Shown in pieces: positions 60,032-64,000 of a stretch of DNA of 64,000 nucleotides. The notes beneath the pieces are model-generated. The model was given only the letters and a program-made list of their open reading frames with translations, did no database searches and was not told the DNA's origin. The position numbers and the translations under genes are program-made. Location: assembly GCA_963789955.1 (NCBI GenBank), contig CAWBMV010000016.1, positions 1 to 64,000 on the forward strand, in the 5' to 3' direction. Within the stretch, counting starts at the first letter, position 1; each line of letters begins with the position of its first letter. This DNA is from an uncultured Candidatus Rokubacteria bacterium. GTDB lineage: Bacteria; Methylomirabilota; Methylomirabilia; Rokubacteriales; CSP1-6.

Positions 60032-60936
60032 CCCGGCGCCGCCCGGCCCTGGAGCGCGATCCAGTCGCTCCGGCCGCCGATCCAGCCGCGCACCACTCTG
60101 GCGATGGGCAGCTCGTCACCCGCGGTGATCGCGCGCGCCGCGAGCTCGTCGAGTCGCGTGAGCCGCGCGCGCACCGCCGCGAGCTCCGCCAGGAATGCCG
60201 CGAACGTCGCGAGCAGCGCGCCGCCTTCCACCTCGGCGTGGAGCGTGAACACGTTGATGCCCGGCCGCACCGCCTGCGCGAGCGCCTGCGGGACGTTCGC
60301 GACGCGGCCCATGACCTCGTCCATCGTCGGCATCGTCGTCGGCAGCTGGATGGTCTCGAGCGCGCCGTCGCCGACGCTCGGCCGGAACGGCGTGTCGCCA
60401 CGCGTGTCGCTCGCGTAGCGGAAGCCGCGGCCGTCCTGGACCGTGAGCGCCAGCGGCGAAGTCCGCCACCCGGGCGCCGCGCTCGCGGATGGCGCGACGC
60501 CGACCGCGGCCAGGAACGACCGCGCGGCCAGATCCAGATCGGCGCGGATCGCCACGTGGTCCAGTCGATGGATGCGATCCTGCCAGCCGACGTGGTCCCA
60601 GCCGTGCGGCGCGACCTCGTGCCCTTCATCGGCGATCTGACGGAGCATCGCCGGCGCGCCGGCGCCGACCAGCCTCGCGGGCACGAGCGTGCCGGACAGC
60701 AACGTGCGGAGCCCGTAGAGCTTGAACGGGTTCGTGCGCCACATCTTGGCGAGAAAGCTCGGGCGCAGCGCGCGGCGGATCGCCCGCCCGGAGTGGTCCG
60801 GCCCCATGGTCACGAAGAAGGACGCGCGGACTCCGAGGCGCCGGAAGAGCTCGAGCAAGCGCGGGACCCCTTCGTCCAGACCACGGCGCGTGTCGACGTC
60901 CACGCGCAGGCCGACCGTCGCGCGATCGGTCAGCAT
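60028..60936 (-). CDS. arnD: ArnD-like deformylase / polysaccharide deacetylase
   Basis: GLRVDVDT..G..EGVPRLL, FF..GPDHSGRA, HGWDH..WQ, AAPGW, TLHAEVEG. Confidence 0.82.
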   Translation of the reverse strand: MLTDRATVGLRVDVDTRRGLDEGVPRLLELFRRLGVRASFFVTMGPDHSGRAIRRALRPSFLAKMWRTNPFKLYGLRTLLSGTLVPARLVGAGAPAMLRQIADEGHEVAPHGWDHVGWQDRIHRLDHVAIRADLDLAARSFLAAVGVAPSASAAPGWRTSPLALTVQDGRGFRYASDTRGDTPFRPSVGDGALETIQLPTTMPTMDEVMGRVANVPQALAQAVRPGINVFTLHAEVEGGALLATFAAFLAELAAVRARLTRLDELAARAITAGDELPIARVVRGWIGGRSDWIALQGRAAPG

Positions 60937-61867
60937 CAGAGACGCGTCCCCGGGCGCACAGCCCGGCGCGCCGCCCAGCGGTCGGCAGGCTCGGCGACGC
61001 CGCCGGCGCTTTGCACGCGCGTGATCAGGAGCATGCCCCGGCCCGTCGCCACGGCGATGCCGCGCGCCGGAACGATCTCGACCACGGTCCCCGGCGCGGC
61101 GTCGCTCGCCGAATCCTCGTGGATCGACGCGGCCCACAGGTGGACACGCGCCGGGCCGTCGCCGACGAACGCGCCGGGATAGGGCTCGGCGACCGCGCGA
61201 ATCATGTTGAAGATCCGGGCGGCCGGCCAGGTCCATTCGATCCGGCCGTCCTCGGGACGTCGCCGCGGCATGGTCGTCGCCAGCCTCGGATCCTGTGGGA
61301 TCCGCGGCGCCCGGTCGGCGAGCACCGCCGGGTAGGACTCGAGCAGCAGCTCCACGCCGATCTTCGTCATGCGCTCGTACACGGTGAAGGCGGTGTCGTC
61401 CGGCTCGATGTCGATCGGCCGCTGGGCCACGATGTCGCCCGCGTCGGCGGTCGCGGTCATGTGATGGAGGGTGATGCCGGTGCGCGACTCGCCGTGCACG
61501 ATCGCCCAGTTGAGCGGCGCACGGCCGCGGTACGCCGGCAGCAGCGAGCCGTGCAAATTCAACGCCGCGATTCGCGGCAGCGCCAGAAGCGCGGGCCCCA
61601 GGAGCCGGCGATACCACACGGAGAGCATGAGTCGGGCGCGAGCTCGCGAACGTCTCGACGGTCGCGGGGCGATTCGGCGAAGGCGGCGTGAGACAGGGAA
61701 TCCGATAGATGCGCGCGACGTCGGCGACCGACTCGAACCAGCTCCGTTCACCGGGATCGTCGGCGTGGGTCACCACGGCCGCGACGTGCTCGCCTCGTGA
61801 CGAGCGCCTCGAGCACGCGCGCGCCGATCGTGTGATAGGCGAAGACGGCCCACCGCGCGCGCGTCAC
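60936..61867 (-). CDS. Formyltransferase, ArnA N-terminal-domain type (indels)
   Basis: VFAYHTIG, VTHADDPGE..WF.SV, NLHGSLLPAYRGRAP.NW, DAGDIV, RAVAEPYPGAF. Confidence 0.88.
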
Positions 61868-62634
61868 TCGAGCACCTCGGCGATCACGTAGCGCGGCCCG
61901 CGCCGCGCTTCCTGATAGATCCGGCTCACGCGCGCGCCGATCGGCCGGAGTGCGAGCACCTGGACCGAGAGGTCGAAGGCCAGGCCGAGGAGCCGCAGCG
62001 GCCCGTACCGGGAGCGTCCGTGCTCGCGGGCGCGGTGGTCGACGGGAATCTCGGTCATCGAGGACGCGAAGGCCGCGGCGAGCACCGGAAGGTAGCGCCG
62101 GGTGCCCCGGAACGCGAGGATCCGGTCGATCACCGATCGCCGGTACGCGCGCAGCATGCATCCGTAGTCGCGAAGCCGTACGCCGATCGCGGCCGACGTC
62201 ACGTGATTGACGAGCCAGGACGCGGCCCGCCGGCCCCAGGGATCGCGCCGGCTCACGCGCCGCCCGCCGACGACGTCCGCGCCGGTTTCGAGCGCCGCGA
62301 GCAGCCGCGGAATCTCCTCGGGCGGATTCTGCAGATCGGCGTCGAGCGTCACGACGATCTCGCCGCGGGCGCGCTCCATGCCGGCGAACAGCGCGGCGTG
62401 CTGCCCGTAGTTGCGATTGAACCGGATCATCCGCACGGCCGCGTCGCGGGCGCGGAGCGCGCGAAGGACGTCCGCCGAGTCGTCGCGGCTCCCGTCGTCC
62501 ACGAAGATGATCTCGTGCGGGCGGCCGATCTTCTCGAGCGTGCGCGCGAGCCGCTGATGGAGCGCGACGAGACTCGGCGCCTCGTTGAACACGGGGATCA
62601 CGATCGACAGCGCCGGCCGCGCGCCGTCGCTCAT
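61864..62634 (-). CDS. arnC: ArnC-like undecaprenyl-phosphate glycosyltransferase (short)
   Basis: VIPVFNE, VDDGSRD, RNYGQH, TLDADLQNPPEEIP, DYGCMLRAYRR. Confidence 0.82.
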   Translation of the reverse strand: MSDGARPALSIVIPVFNEAPSLVALHQRLARTLEKIGRPHEIIFVDDGSRDDSADVLRALRARDAAVRMIRFNRNYGQHAALFAGMERARGEIVVTLDADLQNPPEEIPRLLAALETGADVVGGRRVSRRDPWGRRAASWLVNHVTSAAIGVRLRDYGCMLRAYRRSVIDRILAFRGTRRYLPVLAAAFASSMTEIPVDHRAREHGRSRYGPLRLLGLAFDLSVQVLALRPIGARVSRIYQEARRGPRYVIAEVLE

Positions 62635-63947
62635 CGCCCGGCCTCCCGGACCAGCAGGCAGTCGTTGTGGCCGCCGAAGCCGAACGAGTTCGAGATGGCG
62701 GCGCGGATGCGGGCGGGCACGGCGGTGTTGGGCACGTAGTTGAGGTCGCATTCGGGATCCGGCACGCGGTAGTTGATCGTCGGCGGGGCGATCTGGTCGC
62801 GCACCGCCAGCACCGTGGTCGCGAGCTCGATCGCGCCCGCGGCCGAGATCGTGTGGCCGATCATGGATTTGGTCGAGCTCACCAGGAGCCGCGGGGCCTC
62901 GGCGCCGAACACGGTCTTGATCGCGGCGGTCTCCACACGGTCGTTCATCGGCGTCGAGGTTCCGTGCGCGTTGACGTAGTCGACGTCGGGCGGGCTCAGC
63001 TCGGCGTCGGCCAGTGCCAGGCGCATCGCGCCGATGGCACCCCGCCCGTCCGGCGCCTCGTCGGTGACGCGATAGGCATCGCAGGTGGTCCCGTAGCCCG
63101 CGATCTCCGCGAGCGCCGGAGCCCCGCGACGACGCGCATGGTCGGCCGCCTCGAGGACGAGAAAGCCGGCGCCTTCGCCGATCACGAAGCCGTCGCGCCG
63201 AGCGTCGAAGGGCCGGCTCGCGGTCTCCGGCGTTCCGTTCTGGCGCGACATGACCCCGAGCAGGCAGAAGAGCTGCACCTCGATGGGCGCGACGATGCAC
63301 TCGGCGCCGCCGGCCAGCGCCACGTCGATCGTGCCGCGGCGGATCGCGCGGTACGCCTCGCCGATCGCCTGTGCCGACGACGTGCACGCGGTCTGGATCG
63401 TCGCCGTCGGTCCCTCGACCGCGAAGTGCCCGGCGAGCCGCGCGGCCAGGTACTGCGGCCACGTCCGGTAGGCCGCCCGGGCGGCGGCCCGGCGCGCGAA
63501 CTCGCCGACGAATCCGGCGCGGGTCACGCCGCCGCCGGCATCGCGGCTCGCGTACGCGATGGCGCCGAGATCGCGCAGATCCTGGCGCTCGCCGCTGGTA
63601 CCGACGAAGACGCCGGCGCGCCGCGACGCGAGCACCGCACGGGCGCCGGCCGCCGCGACGGCGCCGCGGGCGGCGCGCACACCCACCACGACGCCGCGGG
63701 GCTCCCGCGCATCGAGCGCTGCCTCGGCCCGGAGCTCGTCGATCAGCGCCCGATCGTCGAGCGAGGCGGCGATCTGGGTCGGAAGCCCTTCGGGATCGAA
63801 GTGGGAGATGCGCTTGACGCCCGACACGCCGGCGAGCGCGGCCTTCCAGAAGGTGTCCGCCTCGGCGCCGATCGGCGTCACCAGGTCGAGCCCGGTCACG
63901 ACGACCCGCCGGCGCGCGCCCGCGTCAGGCGAGGAGCGAGTACCCAC
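62631..63947 (-). CDS. fabF: Beta-ketoacyl-ACP synthase II-like ketosynthase
   Basis: VVVTG, TACTSS, SRPFDARRDGFV.GEGAG, NAHGTST, KSMIGH, NSFGFGG (Cys-His-His triad). Confidence 0.85.
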   Translation of the reverse strand: MGTRSSPDAGARRRVVVTGLDLVTPIGAEADTFWKAALAGVSGVKRISHFDPEGLPTQIAASLDDRALIDELRAEAALDAREPRGVVVGVRAARGAVAAAGARAVLASRRAGVFVGTSGERQDLRDLGAIAYASRDAGGGVTRAGFVGEFARRAAARAAYRTWPQYLAARLAGHFAVEGPTATIQTACTSSAQAIGEAYRAIRRGTIDVALAGGAECIVAPIEVQLFCLLGVMSRQNGTPETASRPFDARRDGFVIGEGAGFLVLEAADHARRRGAPALAEIAGYGTTCDAYRVTDEAPDGRGAIGAMRLALADAELSPPDVDYVNAHGTSTPMNDRVETAAIKTVFGAEAPRLLVSSTKSMIGHTISAAGAIELATTVLAVRDQIAPPTINYRVPDPECDLNYVPNTAVPARIRAAISNSFGFGGHNDCLLVREAGR

Positions 63948-64000
63948 CGTCCACCGTCAGGACCTGCCCCTGGATCGCCTGCGCCGCCGGGCTCGCGAGA
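63925..64000 (-). CDS. 3' end of an SDR (FabG-like) oxidoreductase
   Basis: LASPAAQAIQGQVLTVDGGYSLLA*. Confidence 0.8.
   Translation of the reverse strand, partial: LASPAAQAIQGQVLTVDGGYSLLA

Overview
High-GC (qualitatively) bacterial window. Most of it (about 3431-64000) resembles Ca. Rokubacteria/Methylomirabilota, inferred from the gene repertoire (ABC_sub_bind proteins, zinc-ribbon adenylate cyclases, pafA, LLM/Rieske/amidohydrolase genes). The first 3.4 kb (thrC, M20 amidohydrolase, cupin, aldehyde dehydrogenase) looks betaproteobacterial and is joined mid-gene to pafA, probably a chimeric junction. Single-base indels break many essential genes (pheS, pheT, folD, rny), pointing to long-read consensus errors rather than pseudogenes. 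Layout: (i) 3.4-12.2 kb, a decayed island at tRNA-fMet with a tyrosine integrase, an orphan pafA, an intact IS1202-group IS with a 16-bp target duplication, a stand-alone divergent rpoA and gene debris; (ii) 12.3-36 kb, a core minus-strand block (pfp, class I aldolase, GT2, ftsB, eno, ispA, xseAB, folD, YmdB-like, rny, 6S RNA, zapAB, pheST, rplT, rpmI, infC, thrS, tRNA-Val, TonB-like, aroF with an aromatic-residue attenuator); (iii) 36-58 kb, accessory genes including an NHLP-like small protein / cNMP-binding protein / RRE-M50 pseudo-protease operon, a kaiC-kaiB-kaiB-histidine kinase cluster and aromatic-catabolism enzymes; (iv) 58-64 kb, a NusG paralog converging on an SDR-ketosynthase-arnC-formyltransferase-arnD-cpoB operon. 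Three unnamed structured repeat families were found. All calls come from reading sequence and motifs by eye; no database searches were run.
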